Source: the human T2T-CHM13v2.0 reference genome, Homo sapiens
Reading direction: 5' to 3' (one strand)
Length of the DNA: 64,000 bases
NCBI RefSeq assembly: GCF_009914755.1
Contig: NC_060927.1
Positions 1-13,808 of the stretch are shown here, piece after piece. How positions within the stretch are numbered: position 1 is the stretch's first letter; every line of letters starts with the position of its first letter. Under the pieces are notes generated by a model that had not been told where the DNA came from, did no database searches, and saw only the letters and a list, made by a program, of their open reading frames with translations. The translations under genes were made by a program, and so were the position numbers.

Positions 1-530
1 ATTTGACCCAGCAATCCCATTTCTGCATATATACCCAAAGGATTATAAATCATGCTGCTATAAAAACACATGCACACATATGTTTATTCTGGCACTATTC
101 ACAATAGCAAAGACTTGGAACCAACCCAAATGCCCATCAGTGATAGACTGGATTAAGAAAATGTGGCACATATACACCATTGAATACTATGCAGCCATAA
201 AAAATGGTGAGTTCATGTCCTTTGCAGGGATATGGATGAAGCTGGAAACCATCATTCTTAGCAAACTATCACAAGGACAGAAAACCAAACACCGTATATT
301 CTCACTCATAGTTGGAATTGAACAGTGAGAACACTTGGACACGGGGGCGGGGGAACATCACACACCAGGGCCTGTCAGGGTGTGGGGGGCTGGGAGAGGG
401 ATAGCATTAGGAGAAATACGTAATGTAAATGACGAGTTGATGGGTGCAGAAAACCAACATGGCACATGTATGCCTGTGTAACAAACCTGCACTCTGCACA
501 TGTACCCTAGAACTTAAAGTTTAAAAACAA
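1..530 (+). mobile_element. L1PA (L1PA6-like) 3' end: ORF2 C-terminus, 3'UTR, short A-tail; continues upstream of window
   Basis: ORF 80-328 = L1 ORF2 C-terminus (MFI.ALFTIAKTWNQPKCPS...); G-rich tract ~343-400; ends GTACCCTAGAACTTAAAGT + A-rich tail. Confidence 0.95.
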
Positions 531-555
531 ATATGTTGGCAAACATTGGCCATTT

Positions 556-1880
556 GCAATATAACTTTATATCAATATTTAATATCAATATACTTTTTAG
601 AATCATCTTGACTGTTTCTAAAAGCAAAAAATGTGATTTCGTTGGGATTTCATTGACTCTACAGATTAGTATGGAGAGAATTGACACAAAATTTTCTATT
701 TTTATGTGTGTCCGATAGGAGTTTGTCAATTCACTTTTTCAAATTTATTAGCAGGATATTGTTTTTAGCACCTTCTTTTTGTTATCTGTAGACTGTTGTC
801 TTTTAATAATTATTTGAATCTTCTGTTTTCATTCCTGTTGTTGTTTTGTTTTTTTGTTTGTTTGTTTTTTGTTTTAAGACAAGCTCTCACTCTGTTGCCC
901 AGACTGGAGTGCTGTGGCAGGATATCATGATCTCATGATCTCAGCTCACTGCAACTTGCACCTCCCAGGTTCAAGCTATTGTCCCACCTCCACCTCCCGA
1001 GTAGCTGGGACTACAGGTGCATGCCACCACGCCCAGCAAATTTTTGTATTTTTTGGTACAGATGGGGTTTCACCATGTTGGCCAGACTGGTCTCAATCTC
1101 TGACCTCAAGTGATCTGCCATCTTCAGCCTCCCAGAGTGCTGGGATTACAGGCATGAGCCACTGCTCCTGGCCCCAGTTAAAGCTATTTTAGTCTCCTAT
1201 TTTTCCTGATTAATCTCATCAGGGATTTATCAATTTTTAAATTCTTTTCGATATACCAACTTTTGGGCTTATTGACCAAAAAACTGTTTATTTTCTCTTG
1301 TTAATTTTCTAATCATTAATTTTTGCTCTTGAGAATTCTTTGCTTTCCACTGTTTTTCTGGCTATTCTTGGATGTTTATTTTTCTATATGAATTCTAAGT
1401 TGAACTTTTCTAGCTCTGTAGACATGATCATTGGAATTTTTTGGGGATTACATTAAATTTGTGAATTGAAACCTGGTACCTTGATGAAGTTGAGAACGGC
1501 TAGCCAATGAGAAGGAGTGTCTTTCTGTTTGTTCCAGTTTGCTTCTGTTTGTTTCAGGGATGTTTTACAGTATTTCTATAAAATTAGGTTTTGACCTTTT
1601 TTTTGTTTATTCCTAAATGTTTTATTTTTAAATTGTCGTTGCAAATGGGATTTTGTCATTTGTTATATTTACTTACTGGTTATTTGTGCAGATAGATGCT
1701 ATTGATTTTTATATATTAATTTTATATTTTGCTAAGCTTGCTGAATTCTTTTATGGTTTGGGTCAATGTTATCAATTTTTCCCCCTCTGGGATTTTCTAA
1801 GTGTACTATCTGCAAATAAAAATTGTTTTATTTCCATTTCTTATGCATCTTATTGTTTTATCTTGTCTAGTTGAATTGGC
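556..1880 (-). mobile_element. Old degraded L1M fragments, interrupted by an Alu
   Basis: T-rich antisense L1-like motifs (gggattacattaaatttg, gatgctattgatttttatat, tctgcaaataaa). Confidence 0.55.
837..1173 (-). mobile_element. Alu (S/J), antisense, (GTTT)n tail, small internal duplication (atcatgatctcatgatctc)
   Basis: Dimeric Alu consensus ending ...gagccactgctcctggcc. Confidence 0.95.
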
Positions 1881-1904
1881 TAGTACCTTGAGAATAATGT
1901 ATTT

Positions 1905-3125
1905 GGATATTTTTAACTTTATTTTGAGATAGTTGTGGATTCACATGCAGGTAGATGAAATAATATGGAGAGATCCTATACACTCTTTGTCCTGTTTCCC
2001 TGATGATAATATTTTGCAAAACTGTAGTATGGTATCACAACCAGAATGTAGACATTGATACAGCTAAGATAGAGAGTATTACCCCAGGAATCCCTCATAG
2101 TGCCCTCTTTTGGCAAACTCACTTTTCTTTTGCTTTTAGACCCCCTTTGAAAGAAAAGATTAGGCAACCAGTAATCTGTTCTTTTTCATAATTTTTGTCA
2201 TTTAAGAACGTTTTGTAAATGGAATTGTATAGTATGTAACCTTTGAGATTGGCTTTTTTCACTCACCATAACCCCCTGGAGATTTATCTATGTTGTTGTG
2301 TATATCAGTAACTTGTTCTTCTTATTGCTAAGTAGTATCTCACGGTATGGTTGTACCTCAGTTTGTTTAACTATTATCCATTGAAAGTTTTTTTTCAGTT
2401 TTGGCTGTTATAAGAAAAGTTACTATGATAATGCATGTATAGGTTTTTGTGTGAACATATTATTTTCATTTCTCTGGAATAAATACCCAAGTGTACTCTT
2501 GCTAAGTCATAGTAGTTACATGTTTCATTTTGTAATAAAGTGCCAAACTATTTTCCAGATTTGCTGTATTGTTTTAAATTCCCAGTAGCACTATATGAGC
2601 TATCCAGTTTCTCTGTGTCCACCAATATTTGACATTGCTGTTTTAATGTTATCTGATCTGATAGTTGAATAATGATATCTCATTGTAATTTTAATTTGCA
2701 TTTCTCTAATGGTTAATGATGCTGAACAACTTTTCATGTACTTATTTGCTATCTGTATATCCTCTTTGGTGAAATATGTTAACTTGTTTTGTCCTTTTTT
2801 TCTAATTGAATAGTTTTTTTGTTGTTGTTGTTTTTTACTATTGAGTTTTGAGAGTTCTTTACTTAAAACATATTTTCTCCTAGTCTTTAGCTTGTCTTTT
2901 CATCCTCTTCACAGAGTCTTACAGAGCAAAAGTTTTAAATTTTGGTGAAGTCTAGTTTTATCAGTTCTTCCTTTTATGGTATCAGATCTATGCTTTTGGT
3001 GTCAAATCCAAGAATTGTTTCTCATATGTTTTCTTTCTAGAACTTTTATGGTTTTTTATTTTATCTTGAAGTGTGTGATTCATTTTTATTTAATTATCGT
3101 ATAAAGTATGAGGTTTAGGTCGAGG
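1905..3125 (-). mobile_element. L1MC-like 3' end
   Basis: ttattttgagatagttgtggattcacatgcag... and ctcattgtaattttaatttgcatttctctaatg typical of antisense L1M 3'UTR/ORF2. Confidence 0.8.
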
Positions 3126-3128
3126 TTC

Positions 3129-3152
3129 TTTTTTTTTTTTTTTTTTTTTTTG

Positions 3153-3190
<38 letters not shown>

Positions 3191-3208
3191 ATGTGTCTGT
3201 GTGTGTGT
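3129..3208. repeat. poly(T) followed by (TG)n microsatellite
   Basis: Directly visible. Confidence 0.95.
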
Positions 3209-3210
3209 AA

Positions 3211-3500
3211 TTTTTTGTTTCTTTGAGGCACGGTCTCATTCTGTCACCCAGGCTAAGAGTCACAATCATGGCTCACTGTAGCCTCTTTCTCCCCAGGCTC
3301 AGGTGATCCTCCAGCCTCACTCTCCCGAGTAGCTGGGGCTACAGATGTGCCTCTAGACCACGTCCAGCTAATTTTTGCATTTTTCAAAAGAGGTGGGGTT
3401 TCGCCATGTCGTCCAGGCTGGTCTCTCAACTCCTGGACTCAAGTGATTCGCCTGCCTCGGCCTCCCAAAGTGCTGGGATTACAGGTGTGAGCCACTGTGC
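3211..3500 (-). mobile_element. AluJ, antisense
   Basis: Diverged Alu with J-type motifs (aatcatggctcactgtagcc, caggtgatcctcc). Confidence 0.9.
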
Positions 3501-3530
3501 TTAAAGAGTCCACAAAGAGTCATAATTTGA

Positions 3531-3911
<381 letters not shown>

Positions 3912-4584
3912 TGATCAGCAAAACTATTTCTGTTCCTGAAAATTTATGAAATCCTTTTCTTGAACTGTGCTAGCAACTAGATGTTAATTAGGGCTCTGAG
4001 GACAAGGGAACAGAATGAATTAGGCAAATGTGGCATGCTAAGGATCCTTTTTGGATGTTCATAATACAGACTTGGCTTAGATGTGGAGTTCTGGACACAT
4101 AAGAGAAATATCTATCACCTGGGAAAGTGTCTGTATTTGGGAGGGTGTGATGGCATTTATCCCAGAGTTAAGAAAATCCTTCAAATTATGACCCTTTGTG
4201 GACTAGATTACTTTCTCATTCCCTTTGCATAAAATTCAGAATATGTGTATGCTTTTTGTTGGAAAATTAGTGATAAAAATAGTTCATTTTATACAAATTT
4301 CCTTTATGAGATTTCTTAGATGTTATCTCATCATAGTTTGAGAAATACAAAGCAATGTAAATTTTAACAAAAATACCTTATAGTGTTATTGTAACTTATC
4401 TGTTAGTTGTAGGTATTCTATTTTGTTGGGAAGAGGAGAAAATGACATTAGTTTCTAATATTGGGATAATTTAGGTACATGTAAAACAAATCAGATAAAT
4501 ATTTAAGTGAGTTTATTAAGAAAAATATTAAATAATTATGTAGATTTTAGAAGACAGGACACAAATTGAGAAAGTAGTACATGA

Positions 4585-5010
4585 ATTTGTTTGTTTATTC
4601 ATTCTTAACAAATATTTGAGTGCATTTTTTTGTGAAGGCACTATTCTAGGCACCTGGAATATTATTAGTAAAAGAAACTACCCTTGCAGAGCTTACATTC
4701 TAACAAGGAGGATAGTCAATGAACAACAAATATAATAAATAAATTTTATAGTATGTTGGGTCTAGTACAATGGGAAAAAGAAATATAGAACAAGTTATGG
4801 AGCATTGGGAGTTCGGGAGGTTGGGAGAGAGGGCAGGTTTCAGTGTTTAACAGGATAGAACAGTTCATTAAGTTCATAATGAAAAGAAGACATTTAGCAA
4901 AGATATGAAGGAGGTGAGGGAATCTTAGATGTCTGGGGAAGTGTGTTAAGATGATAGGAAGAGCCCATGCAAAGGCCAAACGTCAGGAAGATGTCTGATG
5001 TGTTTCTGTC
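4585..5010 (-). mobile_element. L2 (L2a-like) 3' end
   Basis: attcattcttaacaaatatttgagtgc...ggcactattctaggc...gagcttacattcta. Confidence 0.75.
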
Positions 5011-6376
5011 TTCTAAATTTTTCAAGTTAATTACAAATCATTTATTAAATTCATAATGTGAAACATGTAAGTGACATTTAATGAACAAGCTGATTTTACA
5101 AATACTTTTTCTTAGGTGATAGAGAAACTCCCTAATTGGCTTATGAGTGGGCCCCAGATTATAAATTTTACTTTAAATCCCTTCGTAATTCACTGGACTG
5201 GTAGAACTTTCAAGGATTTCAAGATATCCTACGTCTTAGGAATTTTTTTAGTTCTTGGTGTTCTGGGCTCTTTGTCTTACTCAGGCCCAAACATAGTACT
5301 TATTGCAGCCTTAGGTTTCCTTAAACTCTCAGAGTTAATGCTGTAGGCCAAATGTTACTGGAAAATACTTTGAGAGTTTGTGTTGAAATCTTTTTTCTTT
5401 TAAGCCTTTTTTGCCCAGACTGAGTGCTCTGTGTTTACGGAAAGAAGGAAAGAATGGTTCAAATAAAATAATTAGTATTCCTTTGTTCTGATACGTTTTA
5501 AATACTATTCTTCTCTCAAGGGTAGATTCCAACTTTTATTTCTCATGTGTAGCAGTTTTTTTAAAAGGAAGTTTAATTCCAGTTGTATTGTTTTTGCTAA
5601 TTACTTGGGACCTTTATGAATATAATTATGATATGGTACTGAGCTGTATAGTAATGCTGTAAAGCACTATCTGGCCCCAAACTATTCTGATTTGATAATT
5701 TCTAAGGTCTAATTTTATTTTATTTTTTCCAATAGATAATTGTAAATTTTATTCTGTATTTTCCTTCTGTATGAATTTGCCAATTGTCACTCCTTCCAAT
5801 ATTTCCCTTCCCCTTTCTAATTCTTTCCACAAATCTGTAAGTAATGCAGATAAAGATAAATAAGTTATTAATGTTATTGGTCCAGATAAAGGTAAGAAAA
5901 TAAACTTACCTTCTATTTAAATTATCCATAAGGAAAACTCCAGGTGATAGTTTGAGGATTTTAAAATACTTTTCAATAAAATAAAATGGTTTTTATTATT
6001 TTTAAGATAATAGATTGAATTTTAATTTAATTATTTTTTCAATGCTAAGTTCAACTAAAATGACACTTTAAAGTTTTTTTAAAATAACCTCTTTTTCCTT
6101 TAGTCAGTAGTAAAAATGGAAATGAGTGATTGTTTAAAAAAAGAAATGCCTTTGTATTGTTTGTGTAGATTGATCTTCTAGTGAATTTATAGGTTATTCA
6201 TTGTAAAATTGATTTAGTTAAGATTTTTTGCTTAAAAAGTAAAATATCAGGTGGAAATAGACATGATTATATATTGAAACCATTTTTTAGAAAGGACCTC
6301 TAAAAAAAGGAGTTATAAAAATAAAAAGTAAAACAATAATTTGTAAGTTTGAATATGAGCCTAAAGATTCCTTTTC

Positions 6377-6662
6377 AGCTGGGTTCGGTGGCTCATGCCT
6401 GTAATCCCAGCACTTTGGGAGGCTGAGGAAGGAGAAATGCTTGAGACCAGGAGTTCAAGACTAACATAGGCAGCATAGTGAGACCCCATCTCTCCAAAAA
6501 TAAAAAAATTAGTTGGGCATGGTGGCATGCACCTGTAGTCCTAGCTACTCGGGGGGCTGATGGGGGAGGATTGCTTGAGCCCTGTAGTTTGAAGCTGCAG
6601 TGATCATGGCACTGCATTTCAGATTGGGTGTCAAAGTGATACCATCTCTAAAAAGATAAAAA
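6377..6662 (+). mobile_element. AluJ, sense
   Basis: gctgggttcggtggctcatgcctgtaatcccagc...; degenerate TSD aaagatt. Confidence 0.93.
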
Positions 6663-9600
6663 AGATTGCTGTTTGGTCTTATTGTTGATAAAAATCCATA
6701 CATGCTAGGTGCTACTGGGGTGGGGTTTCGCTTTTAAGTTTACTTTCTTCTTTGTGTTGTTTCCAATAGTATAAAATCAATTATTTATACTGAATCTTGA
6801 ACTTGAATTTAGGAATATGTTTATTAAATCATGCTGGAAACATGCAGGATAAAGATCCATGGAGAAAACTAAGAAAAAGTATAATTTTTGATTTTTCAGT
6901 TAACTAAGATGCTCTTATTCATTACTAGGTTGCCTTTGTTTCTTCTTGCCTCATGGAACAAAACCTTAAAGACATAGACTCTGTCTCTTTAAAATCTCTT
7001 CTGCTTCCTATTATATGGTTTATGAAAAAAAAAAACAAAACCTAGAATTATTTTTAAAGCACTCACACCAAATCAAGAAATATACTAACATATGCTTCGA
7101 TTTCAAGTTTTCTTTCCTCTTGTCCCTGAGCATATAACACAGTGCAGTACAATACACAATAATACAGGGTGTACCTGAGTTCTGTTTCTCATTTATAAAA
7201 TATGGTGACCATTGAGATGTTTCATGCCTGAGGCATCTTGCTTTTTCAAATTCTTTCATTACCATTAAAGCCTTTTTTGGCAATTAAAATAATGACATAA
7301 ACAATTTAGAACTTGTTCACAGATTCGGAAGAAAAGTATAAAACAAGGGAGTTGGAAGTCTTATTTAAAGGCAAGTGGATAGCAATCTTAACTGGTAAAC
7401 TATTAGGTCTGTCCATTTAAGTTATGTTTTACATAGTTGTATGAAATCATTCAGCAAGTTCCCTGGAGCTTTATAATGTTTAAGGATACTTCTTAGTAAA
7501 TAAAGCTGTCAAGTATCTTAAGTTTTTCTTTTAGCTTTAGAATAATAAAATTTGCTATAATTAAGAGATATTAATATTTTGTCCCAATAAGTTTCTATTT
7601 CATATGAATAAACTGTAAAGGCAAATTTTATATGAAAAACTTTTAATTATTTTGAGGGAGAGTGGTCTATATTTTTGTTTTATTTTTTAATGTGAAGTAT
7701 TTATTAATGTTGATTACAAAGCACATAGTTTTCGGAGTTTGATTTTACAATCATATTTGTTGTTTTAAATCTTTTTTTGATGCGTGGATTCCATAAATAC
7801 TTAAAAATGTTCATGTACAGATTTAGATTTTGCACATTAGAAAACATGTTGATACTTTTTAAATTCCAAAAATAAGCTACCAGAATCAAAATTAATGTTT
7901 AATAATTTAAATTTGTGCATATGAACTTTACTATTTAAGGAAATTTTGAAATGCAGTGTCTTTGATACCTAAGTGGGAGGCTTCACACTATTTATTTGGC
8001 TAGGTGAGAAAACAGTTAACTTTTAAGATACTGGTTTACTTACTTGATAAGGACTTCTCTCTAACTCTCCACTGCAGAGATGGGCGATGCAGGAATTTGC
8101 TTCATTATCCAGTTTTATTTTGGAAAATTGTCATTTTCTTTTACAAAAAATATTATTGCTCTTTTACTTAGAGTCCTTAAAGCATTTTGCCCTCAAAAAG
8201 TCCTATTGTTTTTTATGCATTTAAAAACTAATAATAATAAATATAGCCAACTAATGAAATTATTGGTGCTGTAAACATCATTTTGCTTTTAAAAATTATT
8301 CATTCTACTCCTATATTTAAAGTAATGATTTCAGTGTTAATAAGAACTAACAAATGTGTACCCAGACTTATGAGTGTCCATGAAAAACCTCATCCAAAGC
8401 CATAAAGTTTTAAATATAATATTAGTAGCTACCAGCTGCTAAAAAAATTTCATTTGCTGATTTTATTCTTTTACCCCTTTGTAATTTAAATGCCTTTATT
8501 TAAAAGTTTAACTTAAGGATAATGTAAAGTATATAGCATTTTAAGATTAGATGGTGTCCAGAACATACAATCCAGTGAGTTAGCCCAATGTAATTGGAGG
8601 AATTATTAAATGACACTGACCTCATTTCCTTTAGAACAATGAAAATTAATAGTTTCACATTTTATTAGGCTGATATTCCAGATGTAGTGTACATTTAATT
8701 AAGTGTAGTTCCTTTTAGTTATGGTATGTGTATCTGTTTTTTGTCGAGAATTCTTTCTAGTTTTACAGTTTTCCACATGTTTTCTTTCACCATTTATGAT
8801 TTTTTTCAAAGCAGAGCTATAAGGACTTAAATCACTTTAGCATGCAGCAAAACAGTTCCCATTCAAACAATAAACGCCGTTTTAAAAAGCCTTTAGATCT
8901 TCTGTCACTTCATAAATATAAATGTATAAAAATGTTATGCAGTTGTAGTGCCCACCTGCTAATTAAATGCAGATTTTCTCAAACTTGTTTAAAATCTGTC
9001 TATTTGTTTCAACTCTGTCTCTGTTCAGAATACATATGGCCCTTGTGAAACTAATTATGCTTATGGAGCAGCTGTTAAATTTAGTGCAACTACTTTTATC
9101 CAATATTTTACATTTTAATTGATTACCTGTGAAGAAATTAGCAAATTAACACTTATTGTACAGTAACTGAATGGTCTTTTATGGTTACTTTCAGATTTAA
9201 CAAGGGAACCAGGCACTGATGGAATAAAGACATTTCTAGGATTTTTAGATAGGAAAGTTATTGGTGGACCTTGATTATCTGGTGTGAAAATTTAGGAAGA
9301 CTGATGAGTGATGCCAAGCATCTGTGTGTTCTGTATCTTAAACATGAGAAGCAGATTGGAAAGTAATAGCTTTTTCACAGAATTTTGGTAACATATGGGC
9401 TTATCTGGATCTAAGAAGTCTTTGAAGATCTTTGAACTTGACTAAATGACTTAACCTTTGGCATAGTGGGTGGGTTATATGCTTTTTTAGAGGGGAGGCA
9501 CTGACTTTCTGCATTTCTCTTTTGCTTTTTTTCCCCTTCTTCCCAATTCTACCTTTAATATCTTTTCTTAAAAATGGGGAGACCAGAGATGATGATTGGG

Positions 9601-9769
9601 AATTTGTAAGGTTGATATGATGAGAATTCCAAAATATTTAGTTAAATGGATCTACTTGTAATAAGATAGGGTTAAATCTTTTGATAATATTTTAGAAATG
9701 AGTCTGTGTAAATCTTTATTTTCTGTTTTATAGATTTTATTTGAAAATGATACGGCCATCAGATCTCAT

Positions 9770-10040
9770 TGGCAGTATGTCGTAGTTGAAAGGATGTGGA
9801 CAAACCTGAGATTAGATTTCAGTTTTATCACTCATTGGCTCTGCGACCTCTGAACTTTTAAGAATCCAGTTTTCTCAAAGTAAAAACAAAACAAAACAGC
9901 TGTCCCCCAACAGGAGAAAAATATCCAAAACACCAAAGGAGATGATTACAACAGCTATTTGTTTGAAACTGGAGAATTGAGTGAGATAAAGTACATGAAT
10001 ATAGCTTGCATGCTTCTTAGCACATAGAAGATCCTTGGTA
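9770..10040 (+). mobile_element. MIR
   Basis: MIR core-like (tgcgacctctgaac...cagttttctc...gagataaagtacatg...cttagcacatag). Confidence 0.55.
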
Positions 10041-10689
10041 ATAATAGGGGAAAGTGTTATGCCCTATCACATTGCTAAATGAGACATATACTAAACAAGC
10101 ATATTATTATACATATTTTAGAGCATTAACTATTATAGTAAAGGGGAGATTGGTTTTGATTTTTATTTACTAGCATTGCATTCTCATAGCTCAATAGTAA
10201 AACTTGATATGAGTTATAGGTCCAAATAAATGTTTCTGGCATTTTGATAAGATATATTATTCAATTGAGCAATATAACTAGAATTACATATTAGGAATAT
10301 ACAAGCAACCCCTCTTTACAAACACTTGATCTGCAGCAAGTAGAGGCTTGAGCCTCTGCCTCTGGTAAGGACAGTCGATCCTGGTTTTACAGTTTAGAGC
10401 ATTTGACACCTATGCTGATCTGAACAGATTTCTCTAAGACAGATGAGGGTCAGTAAATAATAAAAGATGAAAAATATTTGTTTGCTTAACTTGTCTTAGT
10501 TAAAATTCAGAATGTTTATATTTTCCCCCCAAAAATAGTGTTGTTGCTGGTGGATATATTTGTATAAGGTTTCAGGTAATTTCGTATAGGCTTATATGGA
10601 TTAGATTGAAAAACTGGCCACTATGATTTTTATGGTGAGTTTCAAATAACAGATATATAAATGAAGGTTCAAATAATTTTTTTAACCTT

Positions 10690-13560
10690 TGAATGGAGAA
10701 ATTTAAGCATTAATTGAAGTAGAGAATAGTATAATAAACTCTCATGCAGCCGTGAGATAACCTCATCACGTAGCTATACTTTACCAATATCAAGGCTTAT
10801 TTTTAGGCTTTGTTAGGATGGGTCTAGGATACATTTTTTCTGGCTAATTTTGTTCCAGTGCTAATACTTGACTCTATGCAATGCCTTTGGTGTGAGGTGT
10901 CTCCACTCTGGCTAGTGGGAACTCTTTCTCCCCCTGTGTGATATTTAGGAATTTTTCTGTTTTCCAGTATATATTTCCCTGGTTCCATGGAATTTCACCT
11001 TACATTTATAGATTAGAACCTCTATTTTTCACCTCTGATTTGTAGATTAGAACTCATCAGAACATCAAGGGGATCCTACTTCAGATTTCTGTATTCCTCT
11101 TTCCATCCAACTTCCTTCTCTTTGATACAGTGCTTTGCAAATCCTAGCCACCTTGATCTACCTGAAGGTCTGTCTCTGTCTCCTTAGCTCAACACATCCA
11201 CCAGGCTTTTGTTTACATTCCCTCTTCCTGCTCTATCATCTGGAAAGTTTCTAAAGGCAGTAAACTGAGGCACACCTAAGGTTCCTTTATTTCCTTTTTT
11301 GGGAATCATAATCCTAGGCTGCCTATTGCATAGTATCTGAATCAGTTGTTTCATACATTTTATCTGCTTTTCTGGTTGTTTATGGTAGAAAGATTATTTT
11401 CATAGCTTTTAACCCATATGGGCAAAAGGTGATTTAACTCTAATACTGATTATTTTATTTGTGATTTCTCTTTTAAAAAAATCATTTCCATGAAGAGTTT
11501 ATCAACCTTATTAATCTTTCAAAGAATCAACTTTGGTCTTTCTTGATCTTTTGTTTCATTATTTTTTGCTTCTTTTCTCTTTATTTCTTTCCTTTAACCT
11601 TTTGAGTTTACTCTTCTGCTCTTTTTCTCTTTGAGATGGATGCTTAGATCATTTATTTTTAGCTTTTATTCTTTTCTTATATGTACACTTATGGCCCTAT
11701 AAATTTTCCTCTGAGCTGTGCTTTAGCTATATTCTACAAATTTTTGATGTGTCATATTTTAGCTTTCATTTGATTCACATATTTTAAAGATTCTCATTGT
11801 GATTTCTTCTTTCCCATGGGATATATAAACATATATTACTTAATTTCCAAACATTTAGGGATTCTTCTAGTTGTCTTCTGTTTATTATTTTCTTCCTTAA
11901 TTGCACTGTAGTTAGAAAACATAATCTGAATGCTTTCTAACTTTGAAATGTGTTGAGGCTACCTTCGTGGCCCGCCATATACTTTATTTTAGAAAATATT
12001 ATAGGTACATTTGATAAGAATGAGTATTAAGAAATTTTGAGGTATAGTTAATAGGTAAATTTAACCATGCGTTCAAATCTTCTGTGTCTTTACTTTCTAA
12101 ATTTACGTTACAAATCCACAATCAAGATTCTGCCTTTAAGTTTTGTCAACTTCTGCTTTACATATTTTGAGGCTCTTTTATTACATATTTATAAATTCAG
12201 GATTGTTAGATTAATACACACGTTTGGGATTACCCTTGTCATCATGAACTGTCTCCAATAGTAGTCTTTATTTTGAAGTCTACTTTATCTGACATTGGTA
12301 TGGTTTCACCATGTTTCTTTTTGTTAGTGCATGCATGATCTTTTTTTCTCTGCCTTTACTTTGAACACTTCTTTAGTTTAATACTTAAGATGTTCATTTT
12401 GAAAGCTGCTTGTAGATTGTTGCCTTCAGTTGGACAATCTTTCAATTGTATTATTTAATCCATTTATATTTATTAATTACTGATATATTTGGATTTAATT
12501 CTACCATCTTATTCTTTGTTTTCTATTTGTCCAATCCATTTTTTCGTTTTTTCTGCTTTCTTACCTTCTTTGGACTAATTTTATTTCATTTTCTTCTCTA
12601 TTAGGTGACTAGTTTATATTATTTTAATTACACCTTCAGTGACTTACCTAGAATTTGTTGCACGGTCTTGACTTACATATAAGTCTAACATAAATTACTA
12701 CTTTTATTACATTTTTTTTTTCCCGTAGCTTTGATTCTTGAAGGATAGCTTGGCTGGAGTACATGGCCAATGGGATGTAACATGGCCAACACACTTTTTT
12801 CCCTCTTGAACTTCTCAAAAAAAATTAAAGCCATTGTTTTGCTGTGTATCATGCAGTTGAGAAGACTGATATCAACTTGTCTTTCTTTGTTAGTGACTTA
12901 ATCAGAATATTCTTTTTCCTTTATTTTTAATGAGCAGTAACTTAATCAGGATATATCTCAGGGTTAATTATGGGTAGTTTATTTCCCCATGGTGGACCCT
13001 TTCTACATGTGGATGACTTTAGTTACAGGACTGTTCTTGCATTATGATTGTAATAATCTGTTACCTTGTGTTTTCTTTTGGAACCTCAACTAGTTGGATG
13101 TTCATTGTGTGCCTCTTCTTTCTATAACTTTTTTCTGAAATTTTCTACTACTTTTGTTTTCTTTCTTTTGGCCCTTTTCATCATTAACATCTATGTCTCT
13201 TATTATATGAGCACCTTATAATTTAATATTCATTTCTGAGATGACTTATTTTATTTTAATTTATTTACTTATTTTATTTTTAATTTAAATAAATTGGGTT
13301 TTTTTCCCAAAATCAGATAATAGTCATTTCATATCTCCCTGTTATTTGTCCATTTTTTTCCTGGAATTTTTTTTTTTTGCTTGTTTCTTTATATTTGATT
13401 CATTTTCAAGTGTTATGTTACAGTCTTCTCTATTTCATGGTTTTTAGTGAGATATATTTACATTTTTTGAAAAATTTTGATTATTTCTGTTGCTTATAGT
13501 TGCTTTGTATGGATGTTGGATTCTCTTTTTATGTCGTTCTTGATAATTTTCTTGGATCAG
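10690..13560 (-). mobile_element. Patchwork of ancient L1M/HAL1-like fragments
   Basis: tcaaagaatcaactttgg, ataaattttcctctgagctgtgctttagc, aagtctactttatctgac; orientation of sub-pieces uncertain. Confidence 0.55.
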
Positions 13561-13654
13561 CAGTAATAGACAATACTGTGGATGGACTGAAGATTTCGTA
13601 TGGCTTTAACCCTTCTTGAATGACACTGTATTGTTTAGCATCGTGAGGTGGAGT

Positions 13655-13808
13655 TTCTTTCTTTTATTTTATTAGAAATAGGGTCTTGCTCTGTCATGCA
13701 GGCTGGAGTACAGTGGCTCACTCCAATCTTAGCTTACTGCAGCCTTCTAACTCCTGGAGTCAAGTGATTCTCCTGCCTCAGACTCTCAAGTAGCTGAGAC
13801 TACAGGCA
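13655..13808 (-). mobile_element. Alu monomer (FRAM/AluJ fragment)
   Basis: gggtcttgctctgtcatgcaggctggagtacagtggc...tagctgagactacaggca. Confidence 0.85.

Noticed and set aside
5100-5122. Recursive splice site-like tttttcttag|gtgata
   Set aside because: Reconstituted donor is weak; such motifs are common by chance
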